From assembly GCA_965223905.1 (NCBI GenBank), contig CBDCXV010000001.1:1472001-1536000 (forward strand): a stretch of 64,000 nt of DNA, written 5' to 3'. This document shows positions 63,939 to 64,000 of the stretch, piece by piece (the stretch's first letter is position 1; every line of letters starts with the position of its first letter). Under the pieces are notes generated by a model, which was given only the letters and a program-made list of their open reading frames with translations, was not told the DNA's origin and made no database searches. The position numbers were made by a program, and so were the translations under genes. The DNA is from Candidatus Latescibacterota bacterium. GTDB lineage: Bacteria; Latescibacterota; UBA2968; UBA8231.

Positions 63939-64000
63939 ATGAAGACGAAACTTCCCCTGGTCACCCTCCTGGCGGCAGTGTGCCTCCTTCTCGATCCTCC
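63939..64000 (+). CDS. Start of a probable exported protein (3' partial)
   Basis: MKTKLPLVTLLAAVCLLLDP reads as a signal peptide running off the window. Confidence 0.5.
   Translation, partial: MKTKLPLVTLLAAVCLLLDP

Overview
High-GC bacterial window. The gene content (FlgD-Ig/YPNP-type C-terminal domains, DUF4159, DUF6057, DUF4838, CRTAC1/ASPIC-UnbV proteins) suggests an FCB-group organism such as Latescibacterota or Gemmatimonadota; this is inference. No rRNA, tRNA, CRISPR array, transposase or integrase was recognised. Layout: (1) 1-6351, end of an iolD catabolic operon (IolD, HpcH aldolase, M24 hydrolase, NHL-repeat protein, Zn-dehydrogenase). (2) 7338-14295, a mirror-image pair of CRTAC1 + TPR modules around a divergent promoter region. 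(3) 14326-34832, a tightly packed minus-strand envelope locus and the best candidate for an undescribed system: two secreted proteins with T9SS type A-like and type B-like C-terminal domains, three ~900-aa paralogs with probable beta-barrel C-termini and a conserved Ca-binding-type loop cassette, a 1082-aa TPR scaffold, a DUF4159 protein with a TonB/TolA-type SxxxH membrane anchor, and a lipoprotein with an AgmX/PglI TonB-C-like domain. An orphan exbB-exbD-exbD motor lies at 58246-59772. (4) 35773-54022, Thr-type sulfatase-fold enzymes, two more CRTAC1 proteins (one with a possible histone-doublet-like N-domain), DUF6057 plus a CxxCH TolB-like protein, and a phosphodiesterase pair with a small RHH-like protein ending in the LxxLGY motif. 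(5) 54284-64000, a DUF4838 protein that probably starts at CTG, an exported ADP-ribosylglycohydrolase-fold protein, exbBDD, an enolase-superfamily enzyme and a conserved hypothetical. Family assignments come from motif recognition by eye, not from database searches.
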